A stretch of DNA of 64,000 nt from Balamuthia mandrillaris (lineage: Eukaryota), in NCBI GenBank assembly GCA_031835245.2, contig JAVKOQ020000021.1, positions 248,001 to 312,000 of the forward strand. The letters are read 5' to 3'. Positions 37,671-52,310 of the stretch are shown here, one piece after another. A program made the translations under genes and the position numbers. Position 1 is the first letter of the stretch, and each line of letters starts with the position of its first letter. The notes beneath the pieces are model-generated. The model saw only the letters and a list, made by a program, of their open reading frames with translations, did not search any database and was not told the origin of the DNA.

Positions 37671-38835
37671 GGAGGGAGGGAAAGAAAGAAAGAAGCAATG
37701 ATAGAGAAGTGAATGAGGTCCACGAAAAAGAGCCATGAGCAGAAAGGAGAATGAAACAGTTCAGTATTTTTTGCTCTAACAATTTGAAGAAGATAAAATG
37801 AAAGTGGTGCTGGAGGTATATGTACATACCATTGCGTTTCTTGGATGGCAATAGCGATGGCACTTAGTAAGTGGTTGGCCTGGTTGTTGGTGGCTCCCAT
37901 CTCTGATATCGGTGCCAATATCAAGAAGTCCTTCACTCCAAACCTTCATGACAACATGTTAATACTACATAGGAGAGAACGATGAAGAGAACGACGAAGA
38001 GAAGAGAAGAATATACTGGCACAGCTGAAATCAGAAGAAAAGAGAACGGATGAGAAGGCGATAGAAGATAGAGCATAAAAGAGACAGAAAGAAAAGTAAA
38101 CCATCGTTGAAGGTGATGAGCACGAGAAGGAAAGTCCTTGCCACCATCTAATATAGCTTGTAATGCCTCTGGCAAAGCGTGCTCACTTCTGTCTCCGTCT
38201 GCACTGCCCTTCGTCTCTCTCTCCTTTGGAGAGAGTGAGGACAGCTCTCCTTCCCTCTTTGCTTGTTCTGTCTCTGCGAACTGGTACATAAGCTGATAGT
38301 TGATAGAGTCGTATTGAAAGACTTCTCTGACGGTCAGCATGGTCTCTCCTGGAGTGGAGGCATTGGCACCTTGGGTAGGACGTTCCTGTTGGGTGAGTTT
38401 TTTCAAAAAAGATTGAGATACGAAGAGAGATGGACCAAAAGAAGAAGGAAAGGAGAGAAGCAGAGAAGGGCATACTCCATTGGAATAAGCGTGGAGGGAG
38501 AGCTTCCATTTGACCAACGTGTTCTCGATACGAGCTACAAATCTTAAGAGACAATGAATGTGCTGTGAGATTTATAGAACAGAGAGAGAGAGAGAGAGAG
38601 AGAGACAGCGAAGGGAAACACACTTTTCAAAGGGAGAGGCGAGAGTGTAATCCACAATTTCAAAGGGCTCCTCTTCCCCATGGTCCTCTTCTGCCTCTTC
38701 CTCTTCCACTTCCATCTGTGCTGTGGCCAAAAGTGCATCCCTCAAGTCCGCCGCGTCATCGTCGTCAAGCCTCCCCCCTGAGAACAACCGCTTTTCCTCC
38801 TCCTCCTCCCCCATCCCTTCTTCTCTTCTCTCCAT
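33523..38835 (-). CDS. RAB3GAP1: Rab3 GTPase-activating protein catalytic subunit; multi-exon
   Basis: Motifs EPFEIVDYTLASPFE, DFPSRAHHLQRW, WNEFVKECRWHWD, CLLYQKLQL, VPFTQ..MTEDMLEE, DMEAFKAANPGCILEDFVRWYSPSDW and EYILR..PQRLY. Confidence 0.92.
34095..34315. repeat. (TTTG)n microsatellite in a RAB3GAP1 intron
   Basis: Directly visible tandem repeat. Confidence 0.97.
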
Positions 38836-39052
38836 CTCTTTCTTTCTTCTTTTTTTTTTGGGGCTTCACTACACACTACTTGCACAAAACCTGCTCAACA
38901 TGACTTCACCGTTTTTGATGTTCGATTTTTTATTGGTTTTATTTTGTGACGACGTCCAGGCGATCGAATTATAGATCCGGGTTGATATGATTTACGATTG
39001 GTGAATCTTTAATTAATTAATCAAAAAATAAAAGAAAGGAAGAAAGGCGAGG

Positions 39053-39526
39053 ATGGATGGTGCAGAGCGGCAGCGCTCTCCCTTGCAAAAGGTATGGGAC
39101 TACCTTCAACAAAAAGAGGCCGAGGTCAACAACAACCTCTCCTCCACCACTCGCGTCTTGCAGTGCCCCTGTGGCCTCTGCTTGGAGGATGACTCCGCCC
39201 ACATTCTCTCCAATGCGCTCATCGTTGCTGCCGGCTACTCCGAGCTGGACGCTGGCCCAGGAGAGAGCATGCGGAAGGACGGGCGCTTCGACTTTGTGGT
39301 CTGCAGCCAAGGCAGGCCGATCAAAGCGGACGACCTTCAGAGCTGGCTGAAACGGAGGGGAACCCAGCTGACAGAAAGGCCCGTCGACAAAAATTCCCCT
39401 CTGTACCTCAACTACCAGGAGCCGATTCGAGGCAAGTCTCACGTGGTGCTCCGGAGGGGAGAGGTTGCTGCCCCTCCCTGTGGAGCTTTTGACATGTGGC
39501 CTGTGCAGCAGTATTTTGTTCTTTGA
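39053..39526 (+). CDS. Hypothetical 157-aa protein
   Basis: Intronless GC-rich ATG ORF divergent from RAB3GAP1. Contains CPCGLC. No family recognised. Confidence 0.6.
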   Translation: MDGAERQRSPLQKVWDYLQQKEAEVNNNLSSTTRVLQCPCGLCLEDDSAHILSNALIVAAGYSELDAGPGESMRKDGRFDFVVCSQGRPIKADDLQSWLKRRGTQLTERPVDKNSPLYLNYQEPIRGKSHVVLRRGEVAAPPCGAFDMWPVQQYFVL

Positions 39527-40010
39527 GGAGCAACCCACTTGTTACAACAACACAAAACCTATTCTCTCGCTCGGTCTCTCTCGCTTCTCTTTCTCTCTCA
39601 TAACGCATGCGTTACCAACGTTCCTACTATTTCAAGAATGCTCAAGCTGATGAACGTATGCATCGGTGGCTGCCTTCCTTTGACAGCAACAAAACCTGCA
39701 CAGCTGCACACATCCCACTGCAAGAGCCAATCCAACCACCTATTATAAATATTTTTTAAGGACAAAAAAAAAACTTAGTGTACAAGAAAGGAGAGGCTTT
39801 TGCTTCATGTTCTTTGATGGTGCTGTCCTCTATGTCGAACTGTTCCATTGTTGCTTTTTTTTCGCCTTTGTTTGGCTTCTTTGCACCAAGCAAAAAAAAA
39901 AGAATATTAAAGCATCAACTCGAGCCATCGCTTCCTTATCCTTAACAACGTGCAAAAGGAACAAGCAAAAAAAAAACTTAAAACATACATAATATATTTA
40001 CCGTCTATGC

Positions 40011-41328
<1,318 letters not shown>

Positions 41329-41533
41329 CTCTCCTTCGTTTTGCTTGACGTCGAATGGTGCACAAAAGCTCCTTGATTTCTGCAGCACTTGACATCGGCG
41401 GTGAACAAAAATGGAAAGAAAGTCGACATTAAATAGATTGGATCGAAATTTCATTGACTCGTCGACTATAATTCGTGTCGTCATGAAATTCATTGAAGAA
41501 AAGACCACCACGGAAAAAATTTGAAGAGAAGAG

Positions 41534-42922
41534 ATGTTTGCCCTCAAGAAGACGTTGCGCAAGATAGGGTTTGGACGGCCAGAGCTGCACAAGAACCTTC
41601 TCAACGAGTCCTACTTTGCTTTGCGCTCAGTACGTTTTTGTTGTGTTTTGCAAAACACTGAATCCATTCCATTTCCATCACATGGAAGGAAATTCGAATT
41701 TATTGTTTTCTTTTTAAAAAAAAAAAAAAACAACCACAGACGTTTGTTCATGGTGTCCCTGAGAAAGCTTGTGCTCTTGCCTACGACCCAGTCCTTCAAA
41801 TCCTGGCCGTTGGCTCTTCCTTTGGCACCATAAAGATGTACATATGTTTCTTTTTCTTTATTTCTTTATCTTTATTTCTTTATTTTTATTTTTTATTTTT
41901 TATTTTTTATTTATCATTTTTATTTTTATTTTCTATTTATTTATTTTTATACATTTTATAAAAAAAACGAAAAAAAAAAACAGCTTTGGCAAATCAGGCA
42001 TAGAGCTGTTTCTCCAAAGCGCCAAAGTGGCACCCATTCGACACATTGCATTTCTCACGAACCATGTACCGTCAGGCTAGACCCTTTCAAGCTCGCTTGC
42101 TTGCTCGCTTGCCTCTTTCATTCTTTCGTTCTTTTTCTGCTGTTTTTCATTCATTCATTTTTTGACTTACTCTTTTTTCTTTTCTGCTTTTTTCTTTTTT
42201 TCTTTTTTCTTTTTTTTTAAAATGTATTCTTATCTTTTTTTCCTTTCTTTTCTTTGTGCTTTTTTTTTTCTGTTTTTCTCTTTCTTTTTCTTTCTTTCTT
42301 TTTTCTTTTTATTTTTTTTTTCTTTTGTTTGCTTTTTGTTGTTATTTTGTTGCAGAATGCGTTGTTGTGCTTTTTTGACCATTTGGTGGAAGAATGGGAC
42401 TTGGTCACAGGCGCCATCAAGTGCCATAAAACTTTCGATACCAGGTTCTCCTTCTTCATTTTCTTATCTTCTCTCTTCTCTATTTCTCTTCTTTTCCTTG
42501 CTCCTTCTTCCTTCTTTATGCTGCTTTCGTTATGAAATTAAACCCAAAAACAAAAAATAACAGCAAAATAACAACAGTAGAAGTTGTTCCAGCGGGCTCT
42601 CAACACTTTATCTTCGTGGGACAAGCCAATGGACGCATCAGCATGCTCAAAGCGGAACATGCAACAAAACCTCTCGTCCTCTCCTCCTATGCTATAGAAC
42701 CACAGCTAAGAGATGCAGGCAAGCCTTCAGCCTCTCCTAACAACCATCAAGAAACGAACAGCGGCGGTGGTGAAAGCGTAATTTGTTTGGCGATCAGCCC
42801 CGTTAGCAATAACGACCTGTTGATAGCACATGCCGATGGCCTTATAGTGCTTTGGAACCTGAAGCTGAAGAAAGCAACGAGAAAGTATTATGCTGCTAAC
42901 GTATGTCTTCTTTTCTTCTCTT

Positions 42923-42960
<38 letters not shown>

Positions 42961-43169
42961 CTGTCTCTCGTTTTTATGCTGTCCAATCCTCTAATTTTCA
43001 TTGTTTTTTTCTATATTCGTAAAGCAGGCTTTGACAGCAATTGCTTGGCATCCTGAAGGCAAGCGTTTCATAAGTGGACATGGTGATGGACAGCTCTTCT
43101 CTTGGAAAGTTAAAACAAGCAAACCTTATCGTGCCTTTCACAGTTTGTTCCCAGTCCTTTTTGTTACTC

Positions 43170-43202
<33 letters not shown>

Positions 43203-46200
43203 TGTGTCTGGTGTCTCGTGATGTGCTCATTGTTTGTACATTTAAAGCTACTGCAACGGATGAGAAATATTTCCCAGTCTCTCGTTTAGAATGGACCAGA
43301 GTCAAAGAGTAATTTCCGTTGCTTACACTATTTCACCTTTCATATGTTAATTTTCTTTTGGACCATTCAAAAGGGAGGGAATGCTCTTCATACAAGGAGG
43401 TGGCCCACTAGCGGAGCCTTATGGCATTTCAGTGTTGCAGGTTCGCTCCCTCCCTCCCTCTCTCTCACAGCACTCACCCTCACTCATTTTCTCTTCCATG
43501 TTTTTTATAAACAAATTCTACTGTATAGGGGAAGTGGCCGCACCAAAGAAGTTCTATTCCTTGTCCTAACGGCCTAAAACAATTCGCCCTTTGCCATACG
43601 TCTCCTTGGCCTGGAGGTACCTTTCTTTTCTCTACTCTCCTATTCGTTTCTCTTACTCTTTCTCTGTCTTTGTCTGTCTGTCTCTCCCCACGCTCACTTT
43701 AGCTTTTTTGTTTTGTAGGTTGTGACCCGACATCATTGTTTCTTTTGACCACTGGTGGCGAATTGTGCGGTTACATAATCACCAAGTCGTTAGGCTTCAA
43801 ACCAATTGCGCATCCTCCCTCGTTGCTGTTCCAAGATTCACAAATCATTCACATGAAGCTCATTTCCAACTGTGACAAACAACTGTTCTCCGACTTTATT
43901 GCAGCTGGCGACGTTCGCTACAATCCTACGGTACCACTTAACATTTTCTCTTTCTCTTTCTCTTTCTTGATCTCTTCTTATTCTTCTGTTTCCGTTAGTA
44001 TTGGCTGAAAGGCGGGCAGTTTTCACAGAAATTACATTTGGGACAAGATTTACTTATCACTTGGTACTGTTCCTGTACTTACTTGCATCTATTCGTTCTT
44101 TTGTATTTTCTCATGCTCTTTTTTTCATTGCTGAAGTCATGATAATGGAAAGATTCGGTTTTGGGATGGAACCTCCGTTGCTCTTCGTTTGGTGCTCTCT
44201 CTGCGAATCGGTGCAGAAAACTCAGTTCCAGCTCACAAAACAGCAACCAAGAACAAGAAGCACAAGAATGGCTCCATGGCTGTTGACAAGCCAGCATCAT
44301 CACAACAGCATTTCGTGACCACGTTGTGCTTCTGCCCACAATCTCGAACATTGGCTGTAGGGTGTGCCAGTGGAAGCGTTTTTGTTTACACATTTTGGTT
44401 CTCTCTCTCTCCCCTCTCTCTCTCTCTCTCTCCTCACTCTCTTTCTCTCTTCTCCTTTCTCTTTCTTCTCTTCTTTCTTGCAATCTCGAAGGATGACACC
44501 GTTTTTTAGGCTGGCGGAATCAGAGGGTGCTAAACCACCAACAAAAAATGTGTATAAGGAGCAAACAAGAGCAGCTTCAACGACGACCTCCACTTCATCA
44601 GACACTCGTTCTTCATCTGGAGATGTTCCTCCAACTACCGGTGCAAGTGATACGCAAGAATCGAATCCAGACACCACTTTGACAGAAACCGTAACTGAAG
44701 GCGACAGGCAACAAAACGAAGAGAAACAAAAAGAAGGCGAAACGCAACACCCATCAATAACGAAAGAAGAAACAATTTCAACCGAAAAGGGAGAGGAGAA
44801 AGGAAAAGGAAAAGAAAAAGAAGGAGATGGAGAATCCAACAACCAAAGTAGCAATGATCAAGATTCTCAAACGCCTTCATCAGTAGAGAACAAAAAACTT
44901 TTCTCTGGGTTCACCTTAATTCAGGAGTGCACTCTCAACACTGTCATTCAGACTCTCGAGCTGAAGCAGATTTCTTCCACCGAAACTTTGTACCCATATT
45001 TTCCTTTGCCTCTGTTCTTTCTCTTGATTTCACTCTCCCTCTCTCTCTCTCTCTGAGTTGTTGTTCAGTTTTCTCTTAGCGTGCTTTTCTGCTGATATCT
45101 CCAATTTCTTCTCTTTAACAATTATTATTTTTGCAGGTTGGCAATAGGAGACAAGTTAGGCAGAGTCACAATCCTCAACGTTCAGACAGGCGAGCTCCTC
45201 ACGCCCACCATTCAGGTCGGAACAATGGGTGGGGATGCCGTTACTGCTGTCCACTTTGCCAAAACGATTACATCTGAGGAGGAATACGAACGCCTTCAAC
45301 AACTTCGTCATGGTTACAATGGTCAAACAAACAAACCTATCCAACGAGACGCATTGGTGTATATAGGAACGCAGTCAGGTCATTGCGCTTCATTTAATCT
45401 TCAAAGTCGAAAGTTTTGTCGACATCTTCGAACAACGACGTCTTCTCCTTCGTCTTCTTCTTCTTCATCATCTTCCTCGTCATCATCTGCTTCTTCGGTA
45501 TTACTTATTCGAGTATTAGATTCGAAAGGAAGATCGTTGGAAGGATTTTCCTTCTCCCAAGCAACTCCAACATCAAATGAAGAACACAACAAAACGGAAG
45601 AGAGGGAACAGTTTTTAATGATTGTTGCCGAGGACTCTATTTGCGTGTACAGCATTCCATTATTCGAGCAACTGTCACGAACAGAATGCAAAACTCCTCT
45701 CGTTGCTGTTCGCATGTTTTCTTGTGAAGGTTTATTTTTATTTTATTTTCGTTCTACTTCTTTCGTATGTTTAATCGCATTTGCTTTATTTTTGAAGGTG
45801 AACATTGTGTTGCAACGATAGATGCGAGGGGAGTGCTCAGTGTTTACGGTTTGATGGACGTTCGACTTCTATGGCAAAGCGATTTTCGTCAGTTCAAGGC
45901 TTTGGAGCTTACGTATGTTTTTAAAAGAGTGGATAGAAAAGAGAAAAAAGAAGAGTGAAAGAGAGGAGGAGAGGAAGGAAGACGAGGCAGGAAGAGCGAG
46001 AAGCAGTGAGAGTAACTTTTGCATTTGTTCTCTTTTTTGTGATTTAGGCAAACATTATTATCACGGATTGCATTTGCGGACTCCGGGCGATTCGTACTTT
46101 GTTCTGACAAGCCCGCTCTTCACCATTTCTCCATCTCAAGAACTGAAAATAGGTTTTGCTCTTCCTTCACTCATCCTTTTACTGTTAGTGTGTCTATTAA

Positions 46201-46816
46201 CTTATGTTTGATAAATATAGTATGGGGCTTCCAGAAGTGCTTCCCACAGTTTGTGTGGCTGCCACCAACAAAGAACAGCTGCCAAAACCGCCAAAAGGTT
46301 TCGCCAAAACGTTTTTGGATGCAAGAGATGAATCTGCTGAACAATTATGTACGTTTATCCTCTTTTTTTAAAACACGGTTTGTTCTCATTCTAACAAAAC
46401 TAAATTGTACAAACACCTAGTCGAAAAGATAAGTTCGTCATCAGGAAACGTTTCCACTTCTTCCGCTTCTTCCTCGGAGGCACACACGAGAGGAGGAACT
46501 TATCCTAGAGCAAAGGCATCATCTGACAGGCCAGAAGATCCTGCCACAAGAGATCGTAGAGACAGGATTGCTCAAGTTCATAATACTATGCAACAAAACG
46601 TTCAGGTAAAACTAAACTTTTCTTTCTTCAGCTTTTCTTTTGCTCGTTTAACTTTGTCTTGTTTTCCATTTAAATAAGGCATTGCATGAAAGAGGGGAGC
46701 GATTGAGAGATCTGCAAGAGGAGACTGCAAAACTGGAGAATAACTCCCAAGAATACCTGGCCGCTATTCGCGCCTACACTCAAGCCCAAAAGAACAAAAA
46801 GTGGTACCAATTGTAA
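41534..46816 (+). CDS. Tomosyn/Lgl/Sro7 family WD40 protein with a C-terminal R-SNARE-like helix; multi-exon
   Basis: Motifs LAYDPVLQILAVG, WD40 segments (IVLWNLK, AWHPEGKRFISGHGDG, GHDNGKIRFWD), and C-terminus ALHERGERLRDLQEETAKLENNS...KKWYQL. Confidence 0.88.
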
Positions 46817-47149
46817 GTTCTCATCCGCTCCACAACAAAACAGAGCACAGTGGTTTTGTTCTTTTTGCGCATTACAAGTGAGTCAACCGGTAAAACGCTA
46901 ATTAGGTAAATCAGGCTAAATATTGTTTATTTGATGAAGAACCCTCGAAATAAAATATCCTAAGAAAGAGATTCAAACGCGAACCCACGAGTGGGACGGG
47001 TAAAACATTTTCTTCCAACCAATCGGCAAATTTCCGGAATCTTATTAGCCTAATAGCTCTTTAAAAGGGTTCCGTCGATATATGTGTGGCTTGATTTGGG
47101 TCCATGTGCCTTTTCGTTCGTTTTCTTGGTAAACAACTAGAATTACAAG

Positions 47150-48205
47150 ATGAGGTTCGCGGTAGTATGTGTGCTCATGTGCTCTTTGGTCGCCCTTGCT
47201 GCAGGTGAGCCTAAAACCGTCGATCATCTCAAAAACATTGGTCTTACATGTTCAACAAAGGGCTCAGCAGAGAATATGACAAATGCATTCAGCTTCCAAA
47301 CAGTGCAAATGTTGACTACAGGCTCTACTATAGCATCGAAGGCGGTAGCATCGCTTTCGCTTTGTCGGGCAACTTTAGCGGTTGGATGGCCGTCGGCATC
47401 TCCACTGATGGCAGCATGACGAGCAGCGGCGATGGTTCTGATGTCATGCTTGGCTACGTGGACGACGACGAATGCTCTGAAGTAATACCTTTTGCCATTT
47501 GTTTCACTCTGAATTGTTTTTTTCTTATCGGGTCTCTCCTTTTATATTTGCTGAAAGGGTTGTTTGAATGACTATTGGGTGACGACTAAAATTGGAAGCC
47601 CTCCAGTAAAGCTCGACACAAGCGAGGAAGGTACCTCGGACGTCACGCTCGTGGGGGGCGGTGAGAATGACGGCGTTACCACCATCGAGTGGTCGCGTTT
47701 GTTGGACACCGGCGATAACGTTACCGACCGTGTCATTGATCCCAACTCCGAAATTTCACGCACGTTTTCCACCCATTTTCGTTCGTTTGGAGAAATGTAA
47801 GCGTTACGTTTTTGTCCATTATCTTATATTCTGTTTTGTTGCCTGCTCTTTCGCTTTTCGCTGCTTGCAGTCATCTATGCATGCAACATTGGCACTGTTC
47901 CTTCAAGCCCTTCCAGTTTCGTGAAGCATTCCGACGGCACCAACCACGGTTACCCAATCACCCTTTCCACCCAGACCTGTATGTTTTTTTGTTATCCTTC
48001 AATGTGTTTCCTCCGCATACTTACTCTTTCCTCCTGCCTAAAAGCCACATGTACCGCCCCGCCAGAAGACGGTGATGATGGAGATGACGGCGATGACGGT
48101 GACGACGGTGATGACAGTGATGATGGCGTTGATGGTGATGACGGCAAAGAGGACGGTGGAGACGCCACAATCATATCTTCCTTCCTTTCTTTGTTTTTGT
48201 TCTGA
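47150..48205 (+). CDS. Secreted DOMON-domain protein 1; multi-exon
   Basis: Signal peptide, then GWMAVGISTDGSMTSSGDGSDVMLGYVD, DYW and IEWSRLLDTGD..DRVI, then an acidic (DGD)n linker and a short hydrophobic tail. Confidence 0.85.
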
Positions 48206-48417
48206 AGAAGAGTAACACCCGCACAACGGCCATAAATGATCGGAGTCACGGCCCCTTCACAATAAACGGATAATGATCATATTAGGCGAATAACTGTTAT
48301 TAATATTAAAAATAAAATGAAACGGAATGAGCCACTTGCGGCCAATAGCCTTTGTTCTGTTTTTTGACCAACGACGGGTTCGTAAACAACAAACTCGCAA
48401 CAGAAACAACAACCAAC

Positions 48418-49595
48418 ATGTTGAACGTCTTTCTTCAGGGCTGCGCCCTCTTTTTGTTCTCTTTCGTCCTGCTTTCTTCTGGTTTGTGGCCTTTCTTTTT
48501 TTTTAAACACAAAAAAGAAAACTTAAAAAAATAAAAATAAAAAAAGGACTGAGCAGAGAATATGACCACTGTGTACAGCTGAGGACACCGACCACCGGCT
48601 CCAAGCTGGACTACCGCCTGCACTGGACTCTGGAGGAGGACGAGGTGACCATCGCCTTTGCCTTGGAGGCCAACGTGCCCGGTTGGATCGCCATCGGCAT
48701 CTCTGCCGACGGCAGCATGACGAGCAGCGGCGATGGCTCTGACATCATGCTTGGCTACGTGGACGACGGAGACTGTTCTGAGGTTTGTGTTCGTTTTTTA
48801 ATCGTTTTTTCTCCATTTTGCATTCTTTTGTTCACTCCTCTCTCCTTTCATCATTCTTCATTGTCTTTCTTCTAAACACACCAAAAACAAAGGGCTGCGT
48901 CAACGACTATTGGGTGGTCACCAAAACCGGAAGCCCTCCCGTCAAGCTGGACGACCGTGTTGGCGGCAACCAGTCCTTGACCTTTGTGGCCGGCAGCGAG
49001 GTCGACGGCGTCACTGCCATCGAGTTCACTCGTTTGTTGGACACCGGAGATGACGTTACCGACCGCATCATTGATCCTTCCTCTGCTACGCACAGTTAGT
49101 AACACCTCTCTTCTTTGTTTTTTCCTCTTTCTGTTTGTAAAATACTAACCATAAGTCCTCTCCTGTTTCTTTCTTCTCTGCTGTTCTATTTTCTTTTTTT
49201 TTGTTAACTTTCTCCACTCTTCGTTCTTGCTGTGCTCCTACCTTCCTCCACTGTCTCTCTCAACAGTTATCTTTGCTGCTCACACGCAGCTGGACCCTAC
49301 AAGCCCCAGCGAATTCTTGCAACACATTGCTGGAACGAATGATGTCCGGACCATTACCTTTGACTCTGAAGAATGTAAGTTTATTTTTTTCTTTTCAGCT
49401 ATGCATTTACAACGAGCAGTACTAACAACAAACAAACATTAACCAGCCGACTGTGCCTCCACCCCCATTGAAGGAGGAGATGGTGATGAAGATGGAACCG
49501 AGGATGGATCAGCGGATGGATCGGAGGATGGTGATGGAACCGAGGATGGCGGCGATGGAAGCGGCTCTTCTACCTTGTATTCCTTCCTGTTCTGA
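48418..49595 (+). CDS. Secreted DOMON-domain protein 2 (tandem paralogue); multi-exon
   Basis: Motifs YRLHWTL, GWIAIGISADGSMTSSGDGSDIMLGYVD, IEFTRLLDTGDDVTDRII and VIFAAH..QH. Intron positions appear to match paralogue 1. Confidence 0.85.
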
Positions 49596-49713
49596 AAACA
49601 CAACAAGTATGCTCTCCTCTCTCTCTCTCTCTCTCTCTATCCTGCTTGTAACGCGTTTCTTTCTTTCGCAAAGAAAGAATCTTTTCTAAAAGAGTTAAAA
49701 TATTTCTCTTCGT

Positions 49714-49833
49714 GGACATGAGATTAGGCGAGAGAGAGGACATGAGATTAGACATGAGTAACGAAGAAAAGATAGGAGAGAGGATAAGAGATTAGTCAAG
49801 AGAAAGGATATGAGATTAGACACGAGATATGTC
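49714..49833. repeat. Dispersed ATGAGATTAG-type repeats upstream of the TSPOON-like gene
   Basis: Five to six imperfect copies of (G/A)ACATGAGATTAG in ~120 bp. Confidence 0.7.
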
Positions 49834-49943
49834 GTAAAAAGGCAACAAAAATGTCCTTTGCGAAAAGAAAGAAAATAAAAAAGAGAGGAAGAAAGAACAA
49901 AAAAAAAAAACAGACAAGACTGCACCTCTCGTTCATTTAGGGA

Positions 49944-52254
49944 ATGTTGGAGCATTTGCTGGTTATCAGCCACGAAGGCGACATTGTGCTTTCAGAACAG
50001 TTCGTGATGATTAGCGCAGCAACTGTGCCTGTAGCCACGAAAGAAGCGGAGCGCTACGAATGGGAGCATAACATCTACATCCTCAGCAGAGAGATGTGGT
50101 CTTACGTCATCGAGAGCAAAGAACGGGAGGTCATCGTAACTGGGTGAGTGATTTCTTTTATGTTTCGAAAAGAGAGCTGGACATGATGGCTAACAGGTTG
50201 ATTCATGGTAAGCGATAAAAACATCTTATTTACGGCGGAAGGAGACTTTTTGGTTTTTGTAACTGGTTCAGGAGACTACGATTGTCTCGCACGTAAGTTC
50301 GCCCAAAAGTTAAATCCTCTTCGTGCCTTTTTGTGTTAACTATTTTTATCACAAGTGAATGAGATAATGGATTCTTTGTTGGAAGTATTTCAGTTGATCT
50401 GCAGAACCGCCTCTAAGAGACTGTGCTGTGAGACACTTGTCCACGAGTACATGCGCCTCAAAATGGCTCTTGACTTCATGTTCAGTGCCAAAGTAATGTC
50501 GTCCTCTCTTTTCTCCGTCTTTACTTTTGCCCTCTTTCTTCTGACTATATCAACAGGGAGAAGTAGAGTTCTTAGTGGCGGAACAATCAATCGCCACAAC
50601 CTCTCTCGAGATGAAAGAGCTACTCGCCTACGCTAAGAAACGCAAGTTGACATCCATGAAGAGTCCTCGTAGCGGTGGCTCCGGCAGACCCTCGTCGTCC
50701 CCTGCCTCTCCTGCTCCTTCTTCCTCCTCCTCTTCCGTTGCTGTTTCCTCCTCGACAACGAAACCAACTTTAGTTCCAGGAATGCTCTCCGCTGCTCCTC
50801 CAGCTCCTCATATCATGAACCTTCGCAGTCCGCGCCGAGAAGGAGGGTCGACAAGCCCGATCTCCACTTCCGCCACCTTGCTGGTTTCTCCTACCACCTC
50901 TATGGAAATGCTGGGGTCGAAGAGTCCTCGCATGGCGGTCAGTTCGAAGGAGGTTCCCTCGAGGGGAGGCACTTTACGCTCCAAGAGCCAGAGAAAGAGC
51001 GTCAGCTTTGAAGTCTATCCCTTGAATCTCGAAACCGTGATGATGGATCCCTCCATGCAAGAGTTGCATGAGACAACACCAGGAGAAAAGACCGCAGCTG
51101 CGACAGAGACACCGCCATTAACATCAAGCAACAAAGAGGTCAAAACTTCAAAGAGCAACAACAAAGGTATTGCCAGAACATCAGAGTGGGTGGCTTCTTC
51201 ATCGGATGGCTCTCATCATCATTACTCCTCATCTGAGGAAGGAGCTCAAGAGGAAGGAAAGAAACAAGAGATCGGACGTCAGAGAAAAGACTCGGCGAAG
51301 CATGCTGAAGATGAGGCATTAGCAGCTCTAGTGAATGCTGAGGTAGAGAGGAGCGTCAAAGAAGGGGATCAAAGTCAACAACAAACAACAAACATCGGCC
51401 GCAACATCGATGATACACCATTCCTAGAAGAAGAGGAAGAACAAGAAGAAAGAGATAAAAAAGAGACGGGTCTTGGAGTTGACTCAGGGGATTCTCAACA
51501 ACAACTTCTGGTTGACTATGGAGAGGCCCACGGTGAAGGTGCAGAGCCGAAACAAGAACACGAACAACGGTTGGAGCTTGTAGTGGAAGAGAGGCAACAA
51601 CTGTTCCTGAAGGTGGAGAGAAAGAGCCAAAAGTTTGACGGCAAGAAACTGGCTGCTCTAACCAATGAAGACAGCCTCATCTTTCGCGGCAAACACGGCG
51701 ATGAGGAGCTGTCTTCCTCCTCTACAACGATAACCCGCAGTCGCTCCACAACTCCTTCGGCCTTTCAGCAGGATGACGAAGACTCACGAGGGCGAAGAAA
51801 CTCAAAGAGCAAAGAATCCGAGAGCAGCAGACACAAACTCAAAGACGACGATCGTTCTTCCTCGCAAAGCCGAGAGAGGAGGGATAGCAAGAGAGAGCAC
51901 AGGGACAAAGATAGAGATAGAGAAAGAGGCGGGACGTATCGGGATAGCAAACACCGCAAAGGCAGTCGTGCTCATGACAAAGACTTGGAAAGCACTACAA
52001 AGGCTCACAACAAACGAGATAGAGGAGAGGGGCAAGAACAAAAGGAACGTTCAGCTTCCATTGAGCCCGAGAGAGAAAAGGACAGAGCGACCCCCAAAGA
52101 AAAAGACGGAAGAGGGGATAAGGACCGAGCGGAGGGCAGAGAAAGAAAGCCCAGTCGCCATGGCACTCTTCGAGAGACTAACCCCAAGACCGATCAAGGA
52201 GCATCCAGAAGACACTCTCGGGGTATGGAAGGTGAAATGCAGCAACAACCGTAA
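49944..52254 (+). CDS. Longin/sigma-adaptin-like protein (TSET TSPOON/LOLITA-like) with a long low-complexity C-terminal extension; multi-exon
   Basis: LLVISHEGDIVLSEQF, ERYEW, GDFLVFVTGSGDYDCLAL|NEIM and YMRLKMALD resemble the TSET small-subunit pattern as recalled. They are followed by ~550 aa of Ser/charged sequence. Confidence 0.65.
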
Positions 52255-52310
52255 ACAAACCGTGTATTTTTCTTCCTTAGAACATCGCTCTCTTCCTCTT
52301 TTGGTCCTCT

